Origin: Bdellovibrionales bacterium
Lineage (GTDB): Bacteria; Bdellovibrionota; Bdellovibrionia; Bdellovibrionales; DASUEL01
Direction: 5' to 3'
Length of the DNA: 64,000 nt
NCBI GenBank assembly: GCA_050250255.1
Contig: JBFWOZ010000002.1
Coordinates: 6,116-70,115, forward strand
How positions within the stretch are numbered: the first letter of the stretch is position 1; each line of letters starts with the position of its first letter. This document shows positions 47,310 through 55,030 of the stretch, piece after piece. Both the position numbers and the translations under genes were made by a program. The notes under the pieces are model-generated. The model did not search any database, had not been told where the DNA came from, and worked only from the letters and a program-made list of their open reading frames with translations.

Positions 47310-47823
47310 GTGTACCTCCTCGTGAGCGCGCCACGGCGACTGCTCCGACTGCAACCAGCAGCAGGAGAACGCTGACAATTTCGAAAGCAAAAATATATTT
47401 TGAAAACAATAACTGACCAATCTCACGCACACCAATGTGCGGAAGATTTTGGCTGTTGATTCCGGCATCAAGCGCCGCTCTTGTCACTTCAAAGCCGCCA
47501 AGCAGAAGACCTAAAATGGAACCGGCGCCCGCAGCCTTCAAGACCGTGCTTGCAAGACTACCCGACATAATTTGAATTTCTTTTTTTAAATCGAAGAGCA
47601 TCACCACCATGACAAAGAGAACCATCACGGCACCCGCATAAACAATCAGTTGTACGCCGGCAATGAAATACGCCTCTAACGTGAAGAAGAGTCCCGCCAC
47701 CGCAATCATGGTGACAGCGAGGAAGAGAGCAGAAAAAATAGGGTTCTGTACAATGACAACGCCAACCGCGCTCACAAAAGCTGTGAGAGCCAAGAGATAA
47801 AATAAGGCATCAAATAGTTTCAT
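47302..47823 (-). CDS. nuoJ: NADH-quinone oxidoreductase subunit J
   Basis: NPIFSAL, QLIVYAGAVMVLF, IGQLLF..Y..AFE. Confidence 0.95.
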   Translation of the reverse strand: MKLFDALFYLLALTAFVSAVGVVIVQNPIFSALFLAVTMIAVAGLFFTLEAYFIAGVQLIVYAGAVMVLFVMVVMLFDLKKEIQIMSGSLASTVLKAAGAGSILGLLLGGFEVTRAALDAGINSQNLPHIGVREIGQLLFSKYIFAFEIVSVLLLLVAVGAVAVARSRGGTHA

Positions 47824-47824
47824 T

Positions 47825-48979
47825 TTAAAATCCTCTCGCCAAAAGCATCGCAAAAGCCGTAACCACGATATTTCCGATAGCCCATGGGAGCATCGTTTTC
47901 CACCCTAAATCCATAAGATGGTCGTAACGGAACCTTGGAAGAGTCCAGCGAATCCAAATAAAAAACCAAAGAAAGAATGCAACCTTTAAGACAAAGGAAA
48001 GAAGATACGCAACCGATACGCCAATGCTAATTTGCGTGCTTCCAGAAACAAAACCAGAAATAAACTGGCGCATTTCCATTTCATTCACAAAAGGAATTCC
48101 GTAACCACCAAAATAAAAAATAGAAAGAAGACAGCTCGCCACCATCATGTGGCCGTATTCACCCATGAAGAAAAGGAGCATCTTGAATCCGCCGTACTCG
48201 GTATGAAAACCCGCCACAAGCTCCCCCTCAGATTCTGGAAGGTCAAACGGGAGACGATTGCTCTCCGCAAATACCGCCGTAAAGAAGAGAACAAAACCAA
48301 CGGGCTGAAAGAAAATTCCCCAGTTCGGTAGAAAATCAAGCTGATAAGATTGTCCGAGAAATCCAAATCGGAGCGGGCCCGCCTGAGCATGAATCATCTC
48401 TGTCAGATCAAAGGTTCCGTAGAGGAGAACTGTGGCCACAATCGCAATTCCCATCGCGAGCTCATAAGAAATCATTTGTGCACTCGCGCGAAGAGCGCCC
48501 ATCAGTGAATATTTATTGGCCGAGCCCCATCCCGCCATTAAAAGACTGTAGGCTCCTAAAGAGCTCACACCCAAAATGTAGATGATACCCACATGCATAT
48601 AAACACCCTGCATGTTAAATATGTAGGGGCCCCACATCTTTCCCGCCATTTCAAAAGGCTGTACTTCAATGGGTGTAGAGAGCGGAATGCTTGCTAACGC
48701 TAATGCCGCAGGGATTAGCGCCGCAACAGGTGCGCCGTAGTAGAGAAGAGCGTTCGCTTTCGCGGGCACAAACTCTTCTTTACAAATAAACTTTACGGCA
48801 TCTGCAAGAAGTTGGGTGAGTCCCAAGGGACCTACACGATTGGGACCAAAGCGGTGTTGAATAAAAGCTGATCCTCGTCGCTCCACCCACACGAGGAGAG
48901 GAACCATCTGCACCATCATCAAGAAGATGAGAAGAAGTTTTACAGCATTGACTGAAATCTCAAATACGTCCTGACCCAT
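47825..48979 (-). CDS. nuoH: NADH-quinone oxidoreductase subunit H
   Basis: ERR..A..Q.R.GPNRVG, AQMISYE, AESNRLPFDLPESEGELVAGFHTEY, PRFRYD. Confidence 0.97.
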   Translation of the reverse strand: MGQDVFEISVNAVKLLLIFLMMVQMVPLLVWVERRGSAFIQHRFGPNRVGPLGLTQLLADAVKFICKEEFVPAKANALLYYGAPVAALIPAALALASIPLSTPIEVQPFEMAGKMWGPYIFNMQGVYMHVGIIYILGVSSLGAYSLLMAGWGSANKYSLMGALRASAQMISYELAMGIAIVATVLLYGTFDLTEMIHAQAGPLRFGFLGQSYQLDFLPNWGIFFQPVGFVLFFTAVFAESNRLPFDLPESEGELVAGFHTEYGGFKMLLFFMGEYGHMMVASCLLSIFYFGGYGIPFVNEMEMRQFISGFVSGSTQISIGVSVAYLLSFVLKVAFFLWFFIWIRWTLPRFRYDHLMDLGWKTMLPWAIGNIVVTAFAMLLARGF

Positions 48980-48982
48980 CCG

Positions 48983-49357
48983 CTATTCCCACTGCAGTCC
49001 GCGGTTTCTCCAAACATAGAAGAGACCGAAAATTAAAATGGCCATAAAAACAATCATTTCTGTAAATAAAAAGATTCCCGCCGTCTTAATGCCTTCTGAA
49101 TAAATCAAGGCCCACGGATACATAAAGACCACTTCGATATCGAACAAAATAAAAATGATCGCTGTAAGATAGTATTTAATAGGAACTTGAGTTGTGCCTG
49201 AGTCTTCCCCAGAAATTCCACATTCGTAAGGCATGACTTGTCGTGGGTCTTTGATTTTTTTCTTCGGTCCAACAAGAGATGTTAAAAAGAGAAGGCCCGC
49301 TCCAAAAATGAAGACAAAAATGCCCAATAGCACGACTGGTAGTAGCTGTTCTGCCAA
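48983..49357 (-). CDS. nuoA: NADH-quinone oxidoreductase subunit A
   Basis: PYECG, FILFDIEVVFMYPWA; AAGGAG RBS before TTG. Confidence 0.96.
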   Translation of the reverse strand: MAEQLLPVVLLGIFVFIFGAGLLFLTSLVGPKKKIKDPRQVMPYECGISGEDSGTTQVPIKYYLTAIIFILFDIEVVFMYPWALIYSEGIKTAGIFLFTEMIVFMAILIFGLFYVWRNRGLQWE

Positions 49358-49404
49358 GATGCTGCTCCTTTAGATGTCCATACCAGATGATCTTATAAAA
49401 ACCG

Positions 49405-50853
49405 TCATGAGATCATCATGCGGCTTAAAATATAGCTTACATATTTATACAAAGGCGATGGATATATTCCAAGCGTAATAACAAAAATGAGCAGGGAATA
49501 GCCGATTATATTGTCTATATAAGATGTTTTGTTTTCTGCAGTGACCTTCGGCGAAAAATCATCGAAGAGTTCACCCAACACACTGATCAATGAAATCATA
49601 AGTGATGCGGCGCAAATCACCGGCATCAATTGCAGCCAGAGGATTTTTTGTGCCCCTTGTGCCGTCGATACAATTAGAGAAAAGCCCACAAATGTTCCGA
49701 GTGGACTGAAAATGATAAATAGAGCAAAGAGTTGGAGGCGTTGAAAAAAGCTCGCGGCCCTTAACGCAAGGCGTCCGCCATCTGTGCTTTCAAAAGGTTT
49801 CAAATCTAGGGCCATAAAGATTTTCAAAGTGAGTGGCACCGCGATTGTATAAAGAAAAAGTCCCGCCACTCCCTTTAAAAAGGATTCTTTTGTTCCCGAA
49901 GACAAACTCCATAAAGTGAGGAGGAGGGGCTGAATCGAATAAATTTGAAAAATCTGAGCCATGTTTTTTGCAAACAACGTTTGCACGAGCACAAAAGCGG
50001 CCATCAACCCGAAAGCGACAACCGGTAAAAGCGTTACGAGAAATCCTTTAAATGGGACGAAGGTGTCGGCCTCCCACGAACCTGCCATAGAAAGAATCCA
50101 TCGACAGATCATAATCGCCCCCAGCAACGGAAGCGTCTGGCGGAAAAGCCCAATGAGTGTCCAGCTGTCGGCCTTTTCGTAGTCTTTTGCAAAGAACGTA
50201 AAAACTGGAAAGCAAAGGAGACTGCAAAAAAGAACAAGCGGTGCGCCCCACCCCAAAAGCGAGGTTGTTGTGAACCCTTTTTCCGAAAGCGCTTTTTGAA
50301 TTTGATCAAATCGTAGAGTTTGGAGCTCTTGATAAATCAGACCACTTGAAAGCGCAAGAATCAGCAGAACAAGTGCTGCCCACGAAATTCCGTGGTTCAT
50401 AGAGATAGATGCTTTCGATTTATAGGCAAGCTGAGGAGCAAAGGCGACCGTCAGGATGAGAAGCGGAAGCGCGAGGGTTACCACAAGCATATGGTTTGAA
50501 AAAATCAAAACCAGCGAGAGAAAGGCGATGACCAACTGAATGGCCGCAAGCTCTCTTTCATAAGAAATACGATCTCGGTAAAGGTTGAGATGGTTCAACA
50601 GAAAATAGATGAGCGTCATCAAAGCGAAGACGAGCTCAGACCCATCAAATGAAAAATAATTTTTTTCAGTAAGAGGAATTTCTAATGGGGAAGCGAGGAG
50701 AACTATATGTCCTAGATTGAGTAGCAACAAAAGGAGCACAAAAAACTTTTCTCGTTTGCCGAGAGCAATTTCGTTTTGTCGCGAAACGGCCATATAGCAG
50801 AGCAGGCCTAAGAAAAACGCCATCATTCCAAATCCCTGAGGCCAAAGTGTCAT
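49405..50853 (-). CDS. Highly diverged NuoN-like membrane protein
   Basis: 482 aa, multi-TM; LIFSNHMLVV ~ LIWANDLLVM, FSPLGTFVGF ~ AGIPPTVGFF, LGIYPSPLY ~ IGVVSSPFF; 7th gene of the paralog array. Confidence 0.7.
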   Translation of the reverse strand: MTLWPQGFGMMAFFLGLLCYMAVSRQNEIALGKREKFFVLLLLLLNLGHIVLLASPLEIPLTEKNYFSFDGSELVFALMTLIYFLLNHLNLYRDRISYERELAAIQLVIAFLSLVLIFSNHMLVVTLALPLLILTVAFAPQLAYKSKASISMNHGISWAALVLLILALSSGLIYQELQTLRFDQIQKALSEKGFTTTSLLGWGAPLVLFCSLLCFPVFTFFAKDYEKADSWTLIGLFRQTLPLLGAIMICRWILSMAGSWEADTFVPFKGFLVTLLPVVAFGLMAAFVLVQTLFAKNMAQIFQIYSIQPLLLTLWSLSSGTKESFLKGVAGLFLYTIAVPLTLKIFMALDLKPFESTDGGRLALRAASFFQRLQLFALFIIFSPLGTFVGFSLIVSTAQGAQKILWLQLMPVICAASLMISLISVLGELFDDFSPKVTAENKTSYIDNIIGYSLLIFVITLGIYPSPLYKYVSYILSRMMIS

Positions 50854-50862
50854 ACTTTTCTC

Positions 50863-51867
50863 CTACACCATAAACCGCGCGGCGAGCGCAAAGAGGATGG
50901 ACATCAAGAGCTGAACCGACGCCCGAGAGCCCAAAGCGAATGTTTTTATTTGCACTCCTGAGGAAGACTCTGGCGCCGACGGAAGATATACGATCCAAGC
51001 CATAATACCCACCATGAATACCACCGACGTCCACAACAACGCGCCCACTGTAGATTGAGACGAAGCTAAATAAACGGCCATTAACATACTCCAGAAATAT
51101 CCGCCCCCAAGAGCACCCACTTCCCAACGGCGAATCAGGCCGCTAAGATTTTTAAATTTTTCTGGAACGATATGAGGAAACAGAGTGGTCATCGCGGCAA
51201 GATAAACCCAAAGAAGCAACACCTCAGGTTTATGCCCTTGGGTGTTGAGAGCCATGACCAGAATACATTGAGTAAAGATGGCCTGATGAACTAGCGCCCA
51301 CGAAATATATTTTTTCAAAAAAATGCTGAGAAGTATCGCCGCCATAGAAAAAAATGAAAATTCATAAGCAAATCGCTCAAAGAGTTCGTAGTGATAAATA
51401 TTTAACGACTGAGCGACCGTCCAGAAAATAAAACTTACTCGCAGCCAGGTCTGTTGGAAGACAATGACCTTCTCCAGGCTATCGTTATGCTGAGGAACTA
51501 TTGCAAAAAGCAACATTGGTAAAAAACTAAAGGCTAACGAAAGGTAAATTCGATGCTCAATTTGTACGAGCGTGTTGAGGCCAAGCGCCGGCTGCAACAA
51601 GCTCACCGTCACGAGCACCGCCATGACGATCGCGATAATCATTTTCTGTACTCGACCCCTTGTGTAGAAAGAGGTCGCGATAATAACCATGAGCGCTTGC
51701 ACAAGATAAAAAGCAAAATCAAGATAGGCACTATCCGCATACCAAAAAATACCAACACCAGCCCCGATGGCCGCCACCATGAGCAAGCTCACCCAAAAAT
51801 GAAGTCCTCTAGCTAGAGCCAATAACCAAATACTTCCAATTCCCAAAACCATCGCCTGAATTGTCAT
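50863..51867 (-). CDS. Highly diverged NuoM-like membrane protein
   Basis: CILVMALN ~ VVLGLFALN, FKNLSGL ~ IKDYGGL, LGGGYFWSM ~ PGTNGFIGE; ATGA overlap with the upstream gene. Confidence 0.55.
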   Translation of the reverse strand: MTIQAMVLGIGSIWLLALARGLHFWVSLLMVAAIGAGVGIFWYADSAYLDFAFYLVQALMVIIATSFYTRGRVQKMIIAIVMAVLVTVSLLQPALGLNTLVQIEHRIYLSLAFSFLPMLLFAIVPQHNDSLEKVIVFQQTWLRVSFIFWTVAQSLNIYHYELFERFAYEFSFFSMAAILLSIFLKKYISWALVHQAIFTQCILVMALNTQGHKPEVLLLWVYLAAMTTLFPHIVPEKFKNLSGLIRRWEVGALGGGYFWSMLMAVYLASSQSTVGALLWTSVVFMVGIMAWIVYLPSAPESSSGVQIKTFALGSRASVQLLMSILFALAARFMV

Positions 51868-53150
51868 ATAACTAAAAACACTCCCCAAATCCCTGCGATT
51901 ACGAAAAGCAGCCACATTGAAAGATTGAAATCTTCTCTCTCAAAAAAGCTGATTTTCTGCACAAGTTCCGAATTACTAAATTTGTATTGTGGGCGAGCTT
52001 CAGTTGATCTCACGGGCACGGTTGCGCGAACCCATGCTGTGGTTTTATCCCAAAGATTTTTAGCGACCTTCCACTGCCACGACCATTTTGGTTTCCAAAA
52101 ATAAAACAATGCTGCAGCCGCAACAAAAATAAGCGGTGGCACAATGAGCGTTGGCGACTGTGGATCTAGCTTTTCCAGAATCGCTTCGCCCTCAAGATAA
52201 AAAGGAAGAGAGAGTAAGCTAATGGTGATTAAAACTCCACCCCACTCCTTTTTAAGTTTTTCAAATGCGGCTTCTTCACTCATAAGCAAGTAACTCATTA
52301 AAATACTCAGCGGTATGCAGGCGCTCCAAAACAACGCCTCCTCATTATATTCTCCGTGAATGGCAAGAAGGAGCACAAGACCCACAAGGCCCGTGCGCAG
52401 CGCCCAGCCGCCGTAAAAAATAGAAAACACAATAAATCCAGAGAAGTTAATAAGTGTTGGGTTTAAATAGTTACAAAAAATAAACATTAAGATCGGAAGA
52501 GCCGCACGGTGACCCACAAAAGAAAGAAGGACCGTAAGGATCCCTAACGTAAAACCGCTCTCTAGGTTTTTTTCGACCGGAAATAGATGAAGAATGACCC
52601 CAAGGCAAACCACACAAAAGAAATATTCGAGGTGATGGTGGGTCACAGAGGCTCGAGCTTTTCCCGAATCAACGAGTTGTGTTTGTGCCCATAAAAAGGG
52701 GCGTACAAAAAAGTAACTAATGATCAAATAGTCCGATAGTATTTTATTCTCGGTTCGCAAATAATAAGAGAAGAAAAGGGCAAGCGTGATGATTGTTGGA
52801 AGCAAAAGACTTGTATCTTCGGCAGGAACTTCTTTTGTCCAATCAATGCGGTAGAAACACCATACGAGCATGAGGGCTTCTGCCATAGCAACTAGAACAA
52901 GCGCATAGAAAAGGTCCACCCTTAGGCTGACAAAACAGAGAGCGAGTCCTAAAAAATAAAAAAATGTAAAACTTTTGTTAAGTCCTTCTCGGCAAAAGAA
53001 AACGGTAAAGATCGTTCCCAAAACCCAAAATCGGTCCGAGTAGTCGGTCCACACCCCCACACCAATCACTGCCGAAAGTAGCAAAAGAACAAGGAGAGAT
53101 TCTTTCCAATCCCATGCCTTCATAGAGCTTGTGTTTTCACGTTGACTCAT
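51864..53150 (-). CDS. Highly diverged NuoL-like membrane protein
   Basis: Multi-TM body, then a hydrophilic/amphipathic stretch and a terminal TM (FFEREDFNLSMWLL..GVFLVI ~ LQNGNLQQYLFYM..VVFLVLV); 5th position in the array. Confidence 0.5.
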   Translation of the reverse strand: MSQRENTSSMKAWDWKESLLVLLLLSAVIGVGVWTDYSDRFWVLGTIFTVFFCREGLNKSFTFFYFLGLALCFVSLRVDLFYALVLVAMAEALMLVWCFYRIDWTKEVPAEDTSLLLPTIITLALFFSYYLRTENKILSDYLIISYFFVRPFLWAQTQLVDSGKARASVTHHHLEYFFCVVCLGVILHLFPVEKNLESGFTLGILTVLLSFVGHRAALPILMFIFCNYLNPTLINFSGFIVFSIFYGGWALRTGLVGLVLLLAIHGEYNEEALFWSACIPLSILMSYLLMSEEAAFEKLKKEWGGVLITISLLSLPFYLEGEAILEKLDPQSPTLIVPPLIFVAAAALFYFWKPKWSWQWKVAKNLWDKTTAWVRATVPVRSTEARPQYKFSNSELVQKISFFEREDFNLSMWLLFVIAGIWGVFLVI

Positions 53151-53392
53151 TTTTTTCCAAACTCTCTTTCGCTCACAATCGCCATCAGCATAACAAACGT
53201 TGTCATAAGCGAAATGATTGAAAGTGAGGTGAGACTAATGTCCGACACCTCTGACTTGTTATTAAAATTCAACATAAACACAGCAAGGGCATCACCACTC
53301 AGCTTGAGCCCTAGCATTCTATAGAGAAAATTAAAGCTACAGAGACACGTCACAACCCCAACAAAAAGCGGCATGAGAAAAATTATTTCCAT
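53147..53392 (-). CDS. Highly diverged NuoK-like membrane protein
   Basis: 81 aa, 3 TM; VGVVTCLCSFNFLYRMLGLKLSGDA ~ VGLIGVLTRKNAIVILMSIELMLNA. Confidence 0.6.
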   Translation of the reverse strand: MEIIFLMPLFVGVVTCLCSFNFLYRMLGLKLSGDALAVFMLNFNNKSEVSDISLTSLSIISLMTTFVMLMAIVSEREFGKK

Positions 53393-53778
53393 CGAGAGAC
53401 CCCTCGCCGTTGAATCAAAACCGCCATCACAAACAGGGCAGATAGGCAAAACCCCAATACGAGCAAACCCTCACGGCCATTTTTAAATAAATCATGTCCC
53501 GCCAAAAGCATCGATGGCGAGTGCTGACTTTGATTGGTCGCTATCGCAAACGGCATAACGAGAAGCGCCGCAAGAACGGCCATTATAAATTTTGATTGAC
53601 GTGTTATCGGTGTTTTCATTCGCACTTCATTACGAAAAACAAAAGGCTTTAGCAAAAAAATTACCGGCGCCTGAGAAAGTAAAATCAACTGAGCCAGGGC
53701 TATTTCTTCCCAAAGCCAAAGCTGCACAAACAGAATTATTTCACAGGCGACATACAGCACAAGTGGCCAAAATCTCAT
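53383..53778 (-). CDS. Highly diverged NuoJ-like membrane protein
   Basis: IALAQLILLSQAPVIFL ~ IAGVQLIVYAGAVMVLF; AGHDLF...AVLIQRRG ~ IGQLLF...AVAVARSRG. Confidence 0.65.
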   Translation of the reverse strand: MRFWPLVLYVACEIILFVQLWLWEEIALAQLILLSQAPVIFLLKPFVFRNEVRMKTPITRQSKFIMAVLAALLVMPFAIATNQSQHSPSMLLAGHDLFKNGREGLLVLGFCLSALFVMAVLIQRRGVSRWK

Positions 53779-53787
53779 TACTCACTC

Positions 53788-54657
53788 CTACGTCATAAGC
53801 TTCATCCACCACATTCCTGCGAAGCACAAAAATGTAATGGGGTAAATGGTGGCAAGCATGATTTTTTCGAGCTGGTCCCGGCGCAGAACCGGGAAGTGTT
53901 TCCAAAAAATGTCTGTCAAAACATAAAGCAAGAGAACTTTCGAGATTAAAAATATAAAGTGGCTAAGGCCAGGCAGTGCATTGGAGTTACAAAAAATCAT
54001 GACAACTAGTGTGAGCCACGTCAGAGAAAATAGATGGTCCACAAACACATCGAGACTAATGAGTTTTTCATTTTTCGAAGAGGAGCTTTTAAAAAACGTA
54101 GCGACAAAAATTCCCAGTAAAAACGCGACAAAATGAAATGGACTCGACAGAAAAAGCCATTCTCTTCCTAAAAAATCATTTAATTCACCAGGTGTTTGAC
54201 CTAAGGCGGCTCCTAAAAACAAAATCAGCACAATCAACGCCCGAGTTGTGAAATAAGTGATGTGATCAATCGATGTCTCAGAGAATTGTGGTCCCGTTGC
54301 TTTCCAAGAGGCAATAATGTGAATGGCACATGAGATGAGCGTTAAAATCATTAAAACGAGATGTGGGTTCTCAACTTGTAAGCCCCGCTCTCCATTGATC
54401 GGGAAAAGTGCTAAACATGTCACCTGCAGCGAAAGCACCACCAAAAACGGCAGATCCCTTTTTATATTCACCCGCAGGCGAGACAAAAGCAGAAGCCATC
54501 TCAAGGGAAGCTGCTGCACTCTGTGAAGACCCGTTTTGGAAAAGCTAAGACGTGGCAAAATAGAAAGACTGAAAAGACTTCTTAGAAGGGTCATGACCAC
54601 TAAAAAGAGCACGGCCCAGAGAGTTGGAAAAATGGCAGACAGGGCTGATGACATCAT
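53788..54657 (-). CDS. Highly diverged NuoH-like membrane protein
   Basis: WLFLSSPFHFVAF ~ WGIFFQPVGFVLF; SKVLLL...FPVLRRDQL...IYP ~ LKVAFF...LPRFRYDHL...MLP. Confidence 0.72.
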   Translation of the reverse strand: MMSSALSAIFPTLWAVLFLVVMTLLRSLFSLSILPRLSFSKTGLHRVQQLPLRWLLLLSRLRVNIKRDLPFLVVLSLQVTCLALFPINGERGLQVENPHLVLMILTLISCAIHIIASWKATGPQFSETSIDHITYFTTRALIVLILFLGAALGQTPGELNDFLGREWLFLSSPFHFVAFLLGIFVATFFKSSSSKNEKLISLDVFVDHLFSLTWLTLVVMIFCNSNALPGLSHFIFLISKVLLLYVLTDIFWKHFPVLRRDQLEKIMLATIYPITFLCFAGMWWMKLMT

Positions 54658-54974
54658 CTCCTTACTCCCAACTCACGGATGAAGTAAAAAAATGACATAA
54701 TTGCGGTAATTAAGAAGAGTGTAAAATAGAGCATATCCGTAAAGGCCAACGGCTCCTTTTCCACAATCAACATCAGAAAGGTTGGAAAAATAAAAAAACT
54801 CATCATTCCAACAGCCATAATGAGAAGCGGTGAGTGAAAGGTGCGCTCCCCGCGACTTTCTCGTGATTTTTTTTCGACAATGGCCGTCGTCCTTTCTGAA
54901 AGAAAACGTAAGCTCAGGCTGAAAAGGAGCCAAAAACCCATCGCAATGAAAAAACTAGTAATTATCGAAAACAA
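54654..54974 (-). CDS. Highly diverged NuoA-like membrane protein
   Basis: 106 aa, 3 TM; FTDMLYFTLFLITAIMSFFYFIRELGV ~ FTEMIVFMAILIFGLFYVWRNRGL. Confidence 0.68.
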   Translation of the reverse strand: MFSIITSFFIAMGFWLLFSLSLRFLSERTTAIVEKKSRESRGERTFHSPLLIMAVGMMSFFIFPTFLMLIVEKEPLAFTDMLYFTLFLITAIMSFFYFIRELGVRR

Positions 54975-55030
54975 TTTGATTATCCCGTGTTAGACTTGCA
55001 ATAACTGACATCTCAAAATTAACTCAGGAA

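Noticed and set aside
49405..54974. Interpretation as an Mrp Na+/H+ antiporter or Hyf/Ech hydrogenase module
   Set aside because: Includes NuoA-like and NuoH-like genes in exact nuo order, lacks MrpE/F/G and hydrogenase subunits, and lacks the conserved antiporter charged residues
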